A DNA stretch of 64,000 nucleotides from Octopus sinensis (taxonomy: Eukaryota): NCBI RefSeq assembly GCF_006345805.1, contig NC_043010.1:7688001-7752000 (forward strand). The letters run 5' to 3'. A program made the translations under genes and the position numbers. The notes under the pieces are model-generated. The model did not search any database. It was not told where the DNA came from and saw nothing but the letters and a program-made list of their open reading frames with translations. Positions 12,739 to 25,528 of this stretch are shown piece after piece (position 1 is the stretch's first letter; each line of letters begins with the position of its first letter).

Positions 12739-12880
12739 TTAAGGCAGTAACATAACATTGTTACAATCCAATGTATGAAACAGATATGCGATAAAAGCCA
12801 AAAAGTTGTTACCCAAACCCCTCAAGAAAAACAGTTAAATAACAGTTAAGCATTTTTTGATTTTTTAAAAATAATTTTCA

Positions 12881-13381
12881 GTTATGTTAGTTAGTTAGTT
12901 AATTTTTTGGCTCAAAAAGCAAAAAGCAAGGCCATGTAGGGGGACATGGAGTTATGTACAGGGTGGTGTTCATGTAAAGAGTTCAGGCTACTTGAGGTCA
13001 AGGGAGACTTTGAACAAAGCAGTCGTCGGCATCTTCACCATCTCGTCTGGCAGCTTGTTCCACGGATCTGCAACCCGGACGGAGAAAGCCCCTCTCCTTC
13101 GATTGAGATGAAATCGTCGCAGATAGAACTTTTCGGAATGACCCCGCAGCCGACACTCTGGAGCAGGAGTGAAGAACAGCTCTTTCGAGAGGTTACACTT
13201 TCCGCTTATGATGTTGTGAGCGAGAATGAGATCACCACAGCGTCGTCGTTTTTCTAGAGAATAAAGGTCGAGCGTCTTCAGCCTTTCTTCATAAGACAAA
13301 TTCTTGAGACCATGAACCATGCGGGTAGCCAGCTTCTGGACTCTTTCGAGATACTGTATGTCTTTGAGGAGATAAGGGGAA
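12881..13381 (-). mobile_element. 5'-truncated CR1-clade LINE (ORF2 C-terminus, 3' UTR, (CTAA)n tail)
   Basis: SPYLLKDIQYLERVQKLATRMVHGLKNLSYEERLKTLDLYSLEKRR..GDLI..RGH..FSVRVADPWNKLP, a typical CR1 ORF2 end. Confidence 0.92.
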
Positions 13382-13478
13382 GAGGCTTAGATTAGTCTGG
13401 AAGGATGTTTTGTATCCATTGCCTTCTGCAGTTCCTCCAAGACCAAGGAAATTGGTACTGTTGGTGTTCTTTCTTGAA

Positions 13479-14125
13479 GGTAGCTGTGTGGTAAGAAGCT
13501 TGCTTCTCAACCACATGGTTCTGGGTTCAGTCCTACTGTGTGGCACCTTGGACAAGTGTCTTCTACTAAAGCCTTGGGCTGACCAAAGCTTTGTGAATGG
13601 ATCTTTGTAAACAGAAACCCGTCATACACACACACATATATATGTATGTATGTATGTATGTATATTTGTGTGTCTGTGTTTGTCCCCACCACCATCACTT
13701 GACAACCGATGTTGGTGTGTTTACATCCCCATAACTTAGCGATTCAGCTAAAGGGACTGATAGAATAAATGCTAGACTTACAAAGAATAAGTTCTGGGGT
13801 CGATTTGTTCAGTTAATGGCGGTGCTCCAGCATGGCCACAGCTAAATTACTGAAACAAGTTAAAGAGTATATATATATATACATATATACATATGTATGT
13901 ATTTATGTGTGTGTGCCTTTGTGTCTATGTTTGATCCCTCTCCATTGCTTGACAACTGATGTTGGTGTGTCTATGTCCCCGTAACTTAGCGGTTTGGCTA
14001 AAGAACCCAAAAGAATAAGTATTAGGCTTCCATAAATAAGTTCTGGGATCGATTTCTTTGACTAAAAAACCTTTTAAGGTGGTGCTCCAGCATGGCTGCA
14101 GTCAAATGTCTGAAACATGTAAAGG
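13479..14125 (+). mobile_element. Diverged SINE family A copy plus a second 3' half
   Basis: Head at 13479; 3' half repeated at ~13900-14125. Confidence 0.75.
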
Positions 14126-14288
14126 AATGTGCAAGAAAGGAATCCCAAGCCGAAGATCTTCTGGGGTCAAAGAAATAGTCAAAAAGGTTAATGTGGGAGT
14201 CCTAAGGTAGAAAGGTGGACACAATATGGGTGATAAGAGGAGAGATGAGTAAGTCAGGCAGTGGGGGTGGGGGGTCAAAGTTCCACAA

Positions 14289-14420
14289 GGATGATGATGA
14301 TGATGGTGGCGATGGTGATGCAGATGTTGCTACTGATGCTAACCACGATGCCAATGCTTATTATATTGATACTGATGATGATGATGATGAGGATGACAAC
14401 GACAGTGAGAATGATAATAT

Positions 14421-14462
<42 letters not shown>

Positions 14463-14492
14463 GGATGATGATGATGATGATGATGACGATGG

Positions 14493-14525
<33 letters not shown>

Positions 14526-14675
14526 CGACGATCATGATGGTGATAATGATGATGATGATGACGATCATGATGATGATGATGATGATGACGATCATGATGA
14601 CGATCATGATGATGATGATGATGACGATGATGATGACGATGATGATGGTGATGATGATGATGATGATGATGATGA
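14289..14675. repeat. (GAT)n microsatellite
   Basis: Direct reading; explains the poly-Asp and poly-Met ORFs. Confidence 0.95.
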
Positions 14676-14914
14676 CGGAGGTGACAAGGGGAAAAATTAC
14701 AAGAAGAACAAGAAGGTTTTAATTAGTTTAAATTACATTTCATTTTAAATAGTAAATCTACTTCTGGCTGGAATCAAATTAGATAAGGTGTGACCCTGTT
14801 GACAGTTTGAACAGGTAACCCATTGAAGGCAATATCAATACAAGAAACTGAGAGGGGAATATTTTTAACTAATTGCCCTTGTTGATTTCAAAATGCAAAT
14901 TAAGTTCAAAGAGG

Positions 14915-15450
14915 TGTAGGCATGTTTGTGTGATTAAGAAATTTGTTTTGTGACCATGTGGTTTTGGGTTCAATCCCATTATGAGGCACCTTGGGCTATT
15001 GTTTTCTGCTACAGATCTGGCCTGACCAAATACCTTGTGAAGGAATTTTGTAGACAGAAACTGTGTGGAAGTACATCATGTGTGTGTGTGTTTGTGTGCG
15101 TGTGTGCGTGTGTGCGTGTGTGTGTGTGTGTGAGTATGTGTGTGCATGTGTGTGAGTGTGTGTCTTTGGGTTTGTATTTTACCTCCTGCCTATACATATC
15201 TATCTATCTGTCTCTCTCTCTCTATGTGTGTGTGTGTGCAAGTCTTTGTTCACACCCCTCTCACAACCACTACCACCACCACCATCACCCCTTCACAACC
15301 AGTGCTAGTTTGTTTATAACCCCATAATTTAGCAGTTCAGCAAAAGAGATTGATAGAATAAAAAAAAATACCAGGCTTGAAAAAAATATTAGGGTCAATT
15401 TGTTGGACTAAAAACTAGTCAAGACTGTGCACCAGCATGGCCACACATTG
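14915..15450 (+). mobile_element. Old SINE related to family A
   Basis: Degenerate head (GGGTTCAATCCC), internal TG repeat, tail CCAGCATGGCCAC. Confidence 0.6.
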
Positions 15451-15968
15451 AAGCATATAAAAGGTATTAGGTGACATTCTTGTAAAGTGAGGCAGTAATT
15501 TCTCAGTTTGAATCATTGACCTCATGGAAAGACAGTAAGCCTTTATTCAAACCAACGAGTAAGCCTCGAAGGGGTCACATCATCAACAAGAAATAGTAAC
15601 ACAGTTTCCCTCCAATCACATCATGCTGTCTTAAAAAAAGAAAAATAAATAATGGAATGGCCATGGCTTGGAAACCTTTGATCAAAATGTCTGTTCAGTC
15701 AGGCCTGATATGGAACTAAGTAACAACAACAACAATAACAATAGGGAATGTGTCATCTAATAAATAAATCACTTTGCAGAAAAGTTAATTCAATATCATC
15801 TGCAAACCCATTTTAAATTGAAATACAGTGTCTCTCTCTCTCTTTCTCTCACCCTCCTTTTACCCCCACACCTCCTTTTCTCCCCTCCCTCCCTCTCTCT
15901 CACTTATAGATTCAACCAATCAAAGGGTTTGATATTTCAGTTGATGACATGTGGTCAATCTAGTAGAA

Positions 15969-16200
15969 AGATATGTTGATGATACATTCGTCCTATGGGA
16001 ATACTCTATCAAAATGACCATTCTTCTCAATCACATCAACAATTTGTGTCCGCCAATTAGAATAAAACAAATGGAATGAAGAAGGCAAATGTGTTTTCAT
16101 TGTTTTTATGTCGGAAAGGAAAAGTACTCAGCTAAATATTTCATTCCATAAAGATTCCTCACAGTCAATGGTTTATCTCTGCCTAAGAACTACCTCTCAG
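15969..16200 (+). pseudogene. Penelope-like element reverse transcriptase remnant
   Basis: 15969-16079 translates RYVDDTFVLWEYSIKMTILLNHINNLCPPIRIKQME*, matching the PLE RT pattern RYVDD..LNH.N..P.I.F..E. Confidence 0.75.
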
Positions 16201-16305
16201 GTTTTATGTTATGAAAGGATCAACTGTGTTCATATTCAAATTAAAACCTTTCCATAACAGTTTCATCTGAGACCTATTTGTTATATGTCAAACCTTGATG
16301 ATGAC

Positions 16306-16351
<46 letters not shown>

Positions 16352-16404
16352 TAATAATAATAATAATAAAAATAATAATAATAATAATTTTTTAAGTTCT
16401 TTTT

Positions 16405-16620
16405 TTCTTTTATTCGTCTCAGTCATTTGACTGCAGCCATGCTGGAGCACTGCATTTAGTCAAACAAATCGACCCCAGGACTTATTTTATGTAAGCCTAG
16501 TACTTATTCTATCAGTCTCTATTGCCGAACTGCTAAGTTATGGGGATGTAAACACACCAGCATTGGTTATCAAGCGATGTTGGGAGACAAACACAGACAC
16601 ACAAACATGTACACACACAC
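16405..16620 (-). mobile_element. SINE family A, 3' half
   Basis: Tail and distal body only. Confidence 0.8.
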
Positions 16621-16622
16621 AT

Positions 16623-16666
<44 letters not shown>

Positions 16667-16690
16667 CTTTTGTGTAATGAGATAAAACAT

Positions 16691-16782
16691 CAAGGCTGTA
16701 TAGATATCAGAGCATTTATAGATAGAAGGTCTTAGATGTAAGACCTTCTATCTATAAATGCTCTGATATCTATACAGCCTTG
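16691..16782. repeat. Perfect inverted repeat, 44-bp arms, 4-nt spacer
   Basis: 16691-16734 is the exact reverse complement of 16739-16782. Confidence 0.95.
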
Positions 16783-16901
16783 GTTTTTTATCTAATTAAA
16801 AAAAAATCTTATATACACACGCTGACATAGAACCAATGTTGAACCCTTTATTTGCAATATTATCGAACCTGGAACTTAACTGGGTCTCAATGACACCATT
16901 A

Positions 16902-16955
<54 letters not shown>

Positions 16956-16959
<4 letters not shown>

Positions 16960-17093
16960 GTTAGGAAGGGCATCCAGCTGTAGAAACACTGCCAGATCAG
17001 ACTGGAGCCTGGGGCAGCCCTGGCTCCCCAGACCCTGGTCGAATCGTCCAACCCATGCTAGCACGGAAAACGGACGTTAAACGACGATGATGA
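16956..17093 (+). mobile_element. RTE LINE 3' end
   Basis: ...CCCATGCTAGCACGGAAAACGGACGTTAAACGACGATGATG. Confidence 0.8.
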
Positions 17094-17231
17094 TATATAT
17101 ATAGTACAAAGTAGAGAGGGGTTATGAGGGTAACCCACTATGGGATATCATTATATAATTAATAAATAATATGAAATTGTAGTATCTGTAAGTTGATGAT
17201 CGAAATGAATTTGTTCCTCCATTTTCTTATT

Positions 17232-17239
<8 letters not shown>

Positions 17240-17289
<50 letters not shown>

Positions 17290-17867
17290 TGTGTACAGTG
17301 CTTAGGTGCACTACAACTCATCTAAAGTGTATATATAATCAGGTGTAGTTTCGGCGGATTTCGGAAAGCATGAGGGCCTTAAAGGATGCAGTGTCATGGC
17401 AGTCAACAACTGATGCAGGCAGTTTATTCCACGCTTCAGCAACCCTGAGCGTGAAAAAAATGTTTCCGAAAGTCATGGGAGCTGTGCTGTTTTCTGACTT
17501 TGTAGGCATGTCCACGTGTGTTAGACACATGGAGATCAAAAAGGTGTTCAGTGTTGTTGTTAGTGAGGTCGTTGATAACTTTGTGGGTGTTTACCAAGTC
17601 CGTCGCCAGATGCCGGAGCTTCAGTGAATCCATGCCCAGGGAAACAAGGTGCTCAGAATATGGTAGGTGTCTGATGGAGGGTATGCGTTTGGTTGCACGT
17701 CTCTGGACAGATTCCAGGAGGTCAATGTTCTGAGCAAGATAGGGGTTCCAAACTGATGATGCGACTTCCAAGTGTGGTCGTACCATAGCTGTATACAGTT
17801 TTAAATAGATGGCTGGAGAGCGGCTAGCAAAAGTCTTGCTGAGTGATGCCAAGACACCCTCGGCCTT
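17240..17867 (-). mobile_element. 5'-truncated CR1-clade LINE, second family, (ATT)n tail
   Basis: LYTAMVRPHLEVASSVWNPYLAQNIDLLESVQRRATKRIP...RGHAYKV; one frameshift before TLRVAEAWNKLP. Confidence 0.92.
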
Positions 17868-17965
17868 ATATATATATATATGATGGGCTTCTTTCAGTTT
17901 CCGTCTACCAAAGACTGAACCCGGAACCATTTGGTTAGTAAGCAAGCTACTTACTGCATACCCAC

Positions 17966-17996
<31 letters not shown>

Positions 17997-18410
17997 GAAT
18001 GTTAGCTATTTTACTAAGATCCTTCCAAATTCTTGATATTTTTCCAAAATGAATTTCAAAACATACAAGTAATCATCATCAACATTGCCATCATGATCCT
18101 TATCCCCATCATTTTCATCAACATCATCATTGCCACTGCTATGGCTATTGTCACTGTCACAGCCACTACTGCCACAACTACTACCACTGATGCCACTAGT
18201 GCTGCTGCTGTCACCACTGTTTCACCTTCTTGTTTCATCATCATCATCATTATCATCATCATCATTGCTGCCTCTGTTACCACCACCACCACCACCACCA
18301 CCACTAACAACAACAACAGCAACACCACACACAGATCAGTTCACTTTTTAATAAACAAGAATTTGTCAGATGTCCTATGTTACACAACGAAAACAGTGAA
18401 GTTTTGGGGT

Positions 18411-18854
18411 AAGAGTCTGATGTTTTGGGGATACATAAAAAGTGATGGTTCAAGAAAGTTGGTCAAAATTGATGGTAATTTGAATAGTGCCAAATACATC
18501 CAGTTGCCGAAGGACAACTTGATACCAGACTTGGACGAAGATGAAATTTTTCCTAATGATGGAGCTCCATTCCACAGATCGCATGCAATACAACAAAGTC
18601 TGGCTGATGAAGGTGTTGCCATACTGAAAGATTGGCTGGCTCAGAGACCTGACTTAAATATTATCATGCAAATGTGGACAGAAAAATAAAGAAGAGTTCA
18701 TCAGAAGAATCCACACAATCTTAAAGAGTTGTGGAAGCTCAACTACAGAAAATAGTATCATATACCTGTGAAGATAGTGAAGGATTTGTGCACATCTCTT
18801 CCCAGGTGCATTAAAGCAATTATTCAAGTTAAGGGAAGCCATATGAAATATTAA
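18411..18854 (+). pseudogene. Tc1-family transposase remnant (DDE domain C-terminal half)
   Basis: KSLMFWGYI..NDGAPFH..WLAQRPDLNIIMQMW; the same frame continues past two stops to SLPRCIKAIIQVKGSHMKY*. Confidence 0.88.
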
Positions 18855-19417
18855 CAATGTACAATAACTTCTTAAAATGAACATTATGTAATAAATTTTT
18901 TGTTATTGACATTTTTCTGTTTTAAAACATGGTATCTTGATTGGTTTATGTGAGGTGGACAAAATTTATTGCATGACCATTTTTGGTAGTCGTCTCACAT
19001 TTTCCCCTCTCATTCAGAATCCCTACTACAAAATATAATGATTAAGTATGGAAATTACTCCAACAGAGTCAATGTTTCACCTGTAAAAAAACTTATAAGC
19101 TGATGTCTTGCAAACAACTTGCTCATGCAAGTGCTACCAGTTGAGAACTCCACATACCAGAAGCCAGCTAGTGTATGGGGTCATCAGAAGAGAATGCATG
19201 CCATTTCGGGGTCTACCTCTCGATGGCATCAATGCACACCGGCCCCACCTCACTGATATGAAGCCCCACTTACTAGATCAACTGGTTATTAAATATAACC
19301 CAATATTTCTCTAGCCATCGCTCATCATCAGGTTTTATGTTACAATAGTTTAAAGTGGCTGAAGATTTTGCATGGTACTGTATATATATGTATATTTTTT
19401 TTCTTTTCTTTTTTTTT

Positions 19418-19784
19418 CTTTTACTTGTTTCAATCATTTGACTGCGGCCATGCTGGAGCACCGCCTTTAGTTGAACAAATCAACCCCAGGACTTTTTCTT
19501 TGTAAGCCCAGTACTTATTCTATCGGTCTCTTTTTTCTTTTGCCGTAAACACACCAGCATCGGTTGTCAAGCAATGCTAGGGGTACAAACACAGACACAC
19601 AAACACACACACATATACATATATATACATATATATGACAGGCTTCTTTCAGTTTCCTTCTACCAAATCCACTCACAAGGCATTGGTCGGCCCGGGGCTA
19701 TAGCAGAAGACACTAGCCCAAGATGCCATGCAGTGGGACTGAACCCAGAACCATGTGGTTGGTTAGCAAGCTACTTACCACACA
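19418..19784 (-). mobile_element. SINE family A
   Basis: Family A body with a small internal deletion. Confidence 0.88.
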
Positions 19785-19830
19785 ACATATATGTATATAT
19801 ACTTATATTATGTATATATATGTATGTATG

Positions 19831-19892
<62 letters not shown>

Positions 19893-20276
19893 TGAACATA
19901 TACATATACACATAGATACCAAAGCCAATATAAATTGTAAATGTGACCCAAATTTGGTTTCATATGTGGCATATGTATGAAAAGAACACAAGTTGAGGGT
20001 CAAAGTTTACAACAGCTGTTTCGGCAGCATTTTATTGATATATTTAAAATTTACTTGATGATGGTGGGTTTTTTATTTTTTTATTTTGCTGTGATGTAAT
20101 CTAAGAATGCATCAATAAAATTCTGCCAAAACAACAGTTGTGAATTTTGAAACCTACTTGTATTTTTCTTTATATATATATATATATATATGTAGGGTGG
20201 GAGGACTCTGTGTTTGTAAGTGTGTGTATATACAAAGAGGGAGAGAGACTGAAAGAGAGAGGGAGAGAGAGAGAGC

Positions 20277-20311
<35 letters not shown>

Positions 20312-20731
20312 TTGAAATGGGGAATGTGATTAAATCACTTGAAACAGTACTTCAGAGGCAGAAGTTATTTGAGTTCAAATATAAATAATTGTATTTTAAT
20401 AAAAATAGAAATACATATAAATAAAAAATAAACAGGTTCTGCAAAGTTCCATTAACATAATGATTTAAATTTGCTGTTAATTTCGAGTAAAACCTTGCAC
20501 CATATAAAATATTAATGCTATTAACTTAGTTTTCTGTCAAAAGTAAATGTGTTTTGTTGATTGAGATTAATTTGAAATATTTTAGTCTCTTTGTATTTTA
20601 ACAAAATCATTGTGGCTACCACCATCATTTATCTATACTGGCAGAATTGTTAGAGCGGCAGGTAAAATGCCTTGTAGTGTTTGCTCCAGCTCTTTATGTT
20701 CTGAGTTCAAATCCTATAAAGATCAACAGCT

Positions 20732-20891
20732 TGTAGCTAGTTGACAGATGCTTTTATTTGAATGGCAAATTGGTTGGGTTTGCTATATAAGGGGATCTGC
20801 TATATAAGGGGTCTGCTTTGAGGCCTGGGGCAGGGGTTTGGTGACAGCTACAGAGGCTAGGCTGTTCTAGGTAGTACACGTTCTAGCTACA
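20732..20891 (-). mobile_element. Probable 160-bp solo LTR
   Basis: Termini TGTAGCTAG...CTAGCTACA (perfect 9-bp inverted repeat, TG..CA); on minus, a duplicated CCCCTTATATAGC then AATAAA near the 3' end; no clear TSD. Confidence 0.5.
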
Positions 20892-20957
20892 TCACTGAAG
20901 GTCATCTTAGTTTTACCTTCTTTTAAGATTGATAAGTAGCAACCAACAATGTAAGAA

Positions 20958-20998
<41 letters not shown>

Positions 20999-21416
20999 GG
21001 CAGTGAGCTGGTGGAACTGTTAGGATACTGGACGAAATGCTTGGTGGTATTTAGCCCGTCACTACATTCCGAGTTCAAATTCTGCCGATGTCAACTTTGT
21101 CTTTCATCCTTTTATGGTCAACAAATGAAGTACCAGTGGAACACTGGGGTCGATGTAATCAATTAGTCTGTTCCCCAAAATTTCGGGCCTTGTGTTTATA
21201 GTAGAAAGGATTATTATTATAATTATTATTGCACCAGGCAAAATGCTTAGCGGCATTTTGTCTGTCTTTACATTCTGAGTTCAAATTCCACTGAGGTTGA
21301 CTATGCCTTTCATCCTTTCAGGGTCAATAAAATATGTACCGGCTGAGCACTGGGGTCAATGTAATTGATTATACCCCCACCCAAAATTGCAGGTCTTGTG
21401 CTTTTAGTAGAAAGGA
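20999..21416 (+). mobile_element. Two head-to-tail SINE family B copies with (ATT)n tails
   Basis: GAGTTCAAATTC B box, GCCTTTCATCCTTTC...GGGGTCGATGTAATC body, TAGTAGAAAGG(ATT)n end. Confidence 0.75.
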
Positions 21417-21471
21417 TTATTATTATTATTAATATTATTATTATTATTATATTATTATTATTATTATTATC

Positions 21472-21507
<36 letters not shown>

Positions 21508-21667
21508 TTTGAGTGGTTGTGTGAGTATGTATGTACATATGTATGATTGTATGTATGTCATTATTCAGTTTGTTTCAAGATATCTTGCCAATAAAGAAAG
21601 AACCGGTTTCTAACCTAGATCCAAGGTTCCTTCATTGGAATTTCAACATCAACATGGTATTTTTGTT

Positions 21668-21701
21668 TGTATGTATGTATGTATGTATATATGTATGTAT
21701 G

Positions 21702-21760
<59 letters not shown>

Positions 21761-22133
21761 ATATGTATGTATGTATCTATGTATGTATGTATGTATTTAT
21801 GTATGTATGTATGTATGTATGTATGTATGTATGTATGTATGTATTATGTATGTTATGTATGTATGTATGTATGTATGTTATGTATGTATGTATGTATATA
21901 TGTATGTATTATGTATGTATGTATGTATGTATGTATGTATGTATTATGTATGTATGTTTGTATGTATGTACTATGTATGTATATGTATGTATGCATGTAT
22001 GTATGTATGCATGTATGTATGTTTTTATGTATGTATGTATGTATGTATTATGTATGTATATGTATGTATGTATATATGTATTATGTATGTATCTTTGTAT
22101 GTATGTATGTACGTATGTATGTACGTATGTATG

Positions 22134-22164
<31 letters not shown>

Positions 22165-22375
22165 TGTATGTATGTATGTATGTCTATATGTATGTATTTG
22201 TATGTATGTATGATGTATGTATGTATGTATGTATGTATGTATGTATATGTATGTATGTATTGTATGTATGTATGTAATGTATGTATGTATGTATGTATGT
22301 ATGTATGTATTTATGTATGTAAGTATGTATGTATGTATGTATGTATGTATGTATGTATGTATGTATGTATGTACA
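21668..22375. repeat. (TATG)n microsatellite, ~700 bp
   Basis: Direct reading. Confidence 0.95.
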
Positions 22376-22879
22376 TATGCATGTGTGTATGTGCAGATTT
22401 GTGTGTTTTATGTATGTGTTCTCATGCATATAGTTGCATATTTAGATATGCTCTAGATATGTATGTAGATATGTCTCTTCTATTTCTTAATTATTATAAA
22501 TCTTCCACTAGGAGGGAGCCGGTTTCCAACAAAGATACAAGGATACATCTTTAGGATGTAGTTAACACAGACAAATTCCCACTTGGAACTTGTGAAAAGT
22601 CTTGCATATTTTTACCCTTCCACTCACAGACTGCACTCATAATGTGCGAATTAGCCAGTTGATTTCTCTTCCTGAAAATCCCAGTTTATTCAGATTCTCC
22701 TTTAAGCATTTACTAACAAAACCAAGTGCAATTGGTATGAATATAAATTCATAATCTGGATATAGAAGCTTGAGGTTTTGAAGCAGTTGTCTACAGATAT
22801 GTATGTATGTATGTATTTATGTATGTATGTATGTATGTATGTATGTATGTATGTATGTATGTATGTATGTATTATGTAT

Positions 22880-23089
22880 CTCTTTTATCTCTTTTACTTG
22901 TTTCCGTCATTTGACTGCGGCCATGCTTGAGCAGCGCCTTTAGTCGAGCAAATCGACCCCGGGACTTATTCTTTGTAAGCCCAGTACTTATTCTATCGGT
23001 CTCTTTTGCCGAACTGCTAAGTGACAGGGACGTAAACACACCAGCATCGGTTGTCAAGCAATGCTAGGGGGACAAACACAGACACACAA

Positions 23090-23122
<33 letters not shown>

Positions 23123-23291
23123 CATATATACGACAGGCTTCTTTCAGTTTCCGTCTACCAAATCCACTCACAAGGCATTGGTCGGCCCGGTGCTATAGCA
23201 GAAGACATTTGCCCAAAATGCCACGCAGTGGGACTGAACCCAGAACCATGTGGATGGTTAGCAAGCTACTTACCACACAGCCACTCCTGCA
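22880..23291 (-). mobile_element. SINE family A, full length
   Basis: Family A head, body and tail. Confidence 0.9.
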
Positions 23292-23472
23292 TGTATGTAT
23301 GTATGCATGCATGCATATATGTGTGTGTGAAAGTAAACGTTGACATTTCTTAATGTTGTCTGTATGAAACAGTGACACGTTTGAAGAACTCTGGTATAAG
23401 AAATCCTTACCTGAACAACAAGTAAGGTTGATGACAAAGAAAGCATTTGTCCATAAAACTTTGTCTCTAATG

Positions 23473-23893
23473 CAGTGCTGGATTAACCATTAAGTAAAAT
23501 AAACACATGCTTCGAGCAGCAGATGAAGTGGGAGCACCACAGAAATGGTAAATGGTTTATGGCACAACAGAAACCCATTTAAACTTGCTAAATTTATATT
23601 CAAAGTGGTTTATAAGATCGGAAATATAATTTCGAAGCTTGTATGATGTCATAGTGAGAATCTGATCAAAGACTTTGCAATTAAAAAAAAGTAGGAGCAA
23701 ACTTTCCCAAAATAAATAAACTGGAAGTAAAAAAAACAAACTAAAAATTTCTATTTTACACTTAGTTTTGTTTCATTTTGAACAATAGAAATTTATTTCA
23801 TGGTTTATCATTGTTTATATTTTCAATTACATATTTATGGATGCACCGAAATCTTTTGTGCTTAGGGTCTCTATGGGTTTTAATCTCGCCCTG
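23473..23893 (+). mobile_element. Internally deleted hAT element
   Basis: TIRs CAGTGCTGGATTAA / TTAATCTCGCCCTG; 8-bp flanks CTCTAATG and CTCAAATG (7/8); residual ENLIKDFAIKK resembles a hAT transposase C-terminus. Confidence 0.75.
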
Positions 23894-23957
23894 CTCAAAT
23901 GCATTTTTGTCGAATCCATGCTAGCATAGGAAAATGGGCTTTCGAAATGAATGCAAT

Positions 23958-24038
<81 letters not shown>

Positions 24039-24646
24039 CATGCGAGCACGTGTGTGTGTGTAGGATGAGAAACAGTACATTGAAAAGAAATACCATTCCG
24101 TATTAATGACTAGCTGAGTTACCTTCTCTTGTGGCATTGGCCACTTTGATGTTCCTATAACTGAAATAAGTGCTAGATAAGGTACATAAATCAACATAAT
24201 CCATAAAAGGTATTGAAGGTAACACCCTATCACCATGAGCATGAGTCAACGATAGAAACCCTTAAAAGAAAGATCGCTAAAGCAACAGAAATGATGCTGT
24301 AACCATATGGAATATTTTGGTTTGAGAAAAAAGATTTTGTCTTTATTTCAGAGCAATATACATTGAAATTCTAATGAAAATCTCACACAATATCAACTTT
24401 TTCTACCAATAGAAGCCACAGACTCCTTAACTTTTCATACCCACGCAAAGTGTACCTACTGCTTTAAAATTAACGCCACCCCTATGACTTAAATATGTTG
24501 GAGTTAGCAAGCAGAACTTATCCAAAGCTTCCACAACACCATTATCTAAGCAATTCTTGACAGTCAGTTAATGGCTACTTAATTTTACATTTAAAGATTA
24601 ACTTATACACACACACACATGTATATATATATATATATACATACAT

Positions 24647-24721
<75 letters not shown>

Positions 24722-25038
24722 CATATATATATTTATTTAAAAATATAAAGAGTATGAAATATTTTTATACACAGGAGACCTTTGACAGGACACATTATAT
24801 GCTAGAAAAGACAGTTAAAACCCAAACCACGATAAAAAGAATTCATGAGGCATGCTGTGGTAACACCAGAGCGAACAAAAAATGAATTAGTTAATCCCAA
24901 ACTAGAGTTTCCCTATTAATTGCCAAATAAACTAATTTGGAATCCATAGATCGTCAGTGAGATCACTAATTAATGAATGATTATGCAGTTGCAAATCTGT
25001 ACCAAAAACACATGCGCAATCACCCTCATATTACGATA

Positions 25039-25084
<46 letters not shown>

Positions 25085-25089
25085 TGTTT

Positions 25090-25485
25090 ACTCTTTTACA
25101 TGTTTCAGTCATTTGACTGTAGCCATGCTGGAGCACCGCCTTTAGTCGAGAAAATCGACCCCGGGACTTATTCTTTGTAAGCCCAGTACTTATTCTATCA
25201 GTCTCTTTTGCCGAACCGCTAAGTTATGGGGACGTAAACACACCAGCATCGGTTGTCAAGCAATGCTAGGGGGACAAACACAGACACACAAACACATACA
25301 CACACATATATATACATATATATGACAGGCTTCTTTCAGTTTCCGTCTACCAAATCCACTCACAAGGCATTGGTCGGCCCGGGGCTATAGCAGAAGACAC
25401 TTGTCCAAGATGCCACGCAGTGGGACTGAACCCGGAACCATGTGGTTGGTTAGCAAGCTACTTACCACACAGCCACTCCTGCGCC
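25090..25485 (-). mobile_element. SINE family A, full length
   Basis: Family A head, body and tail; tail lies next to (TA)n. Confidence 0.92.
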
Positions 25486-25489
25486 AATT

Positions 25490-25528
<39 letters not shown>

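Noticed and set aside
14215-14748. 177-aa Asp-rich ORF
   Set aside because: Almost entirely (GAT)n microsatellite, open in several frames; no splice or homology support
19290-19335. Minus-strand CUGAUGA followed by GAAA
   Set aside because: Stem II is not adjacent to the core, and no stem I or III can be formed
19995-20040. Minus-strand GAAA-CAGCUG-UU resembling a hammerhead 3' half
   Set aside because: No CUGANGA or stem II upstream
21531-22554. MYVC-repeat ORFs
   Set aside because: (TATG)n translation artefacts; the same applies to the many YIYI/HTHT/CVCV ORFs
24060-24380. Possible mariner C-terminal remnant (TIETLKRKIAKA)
   Set aside because: No catalytic motifs or TIRs identified
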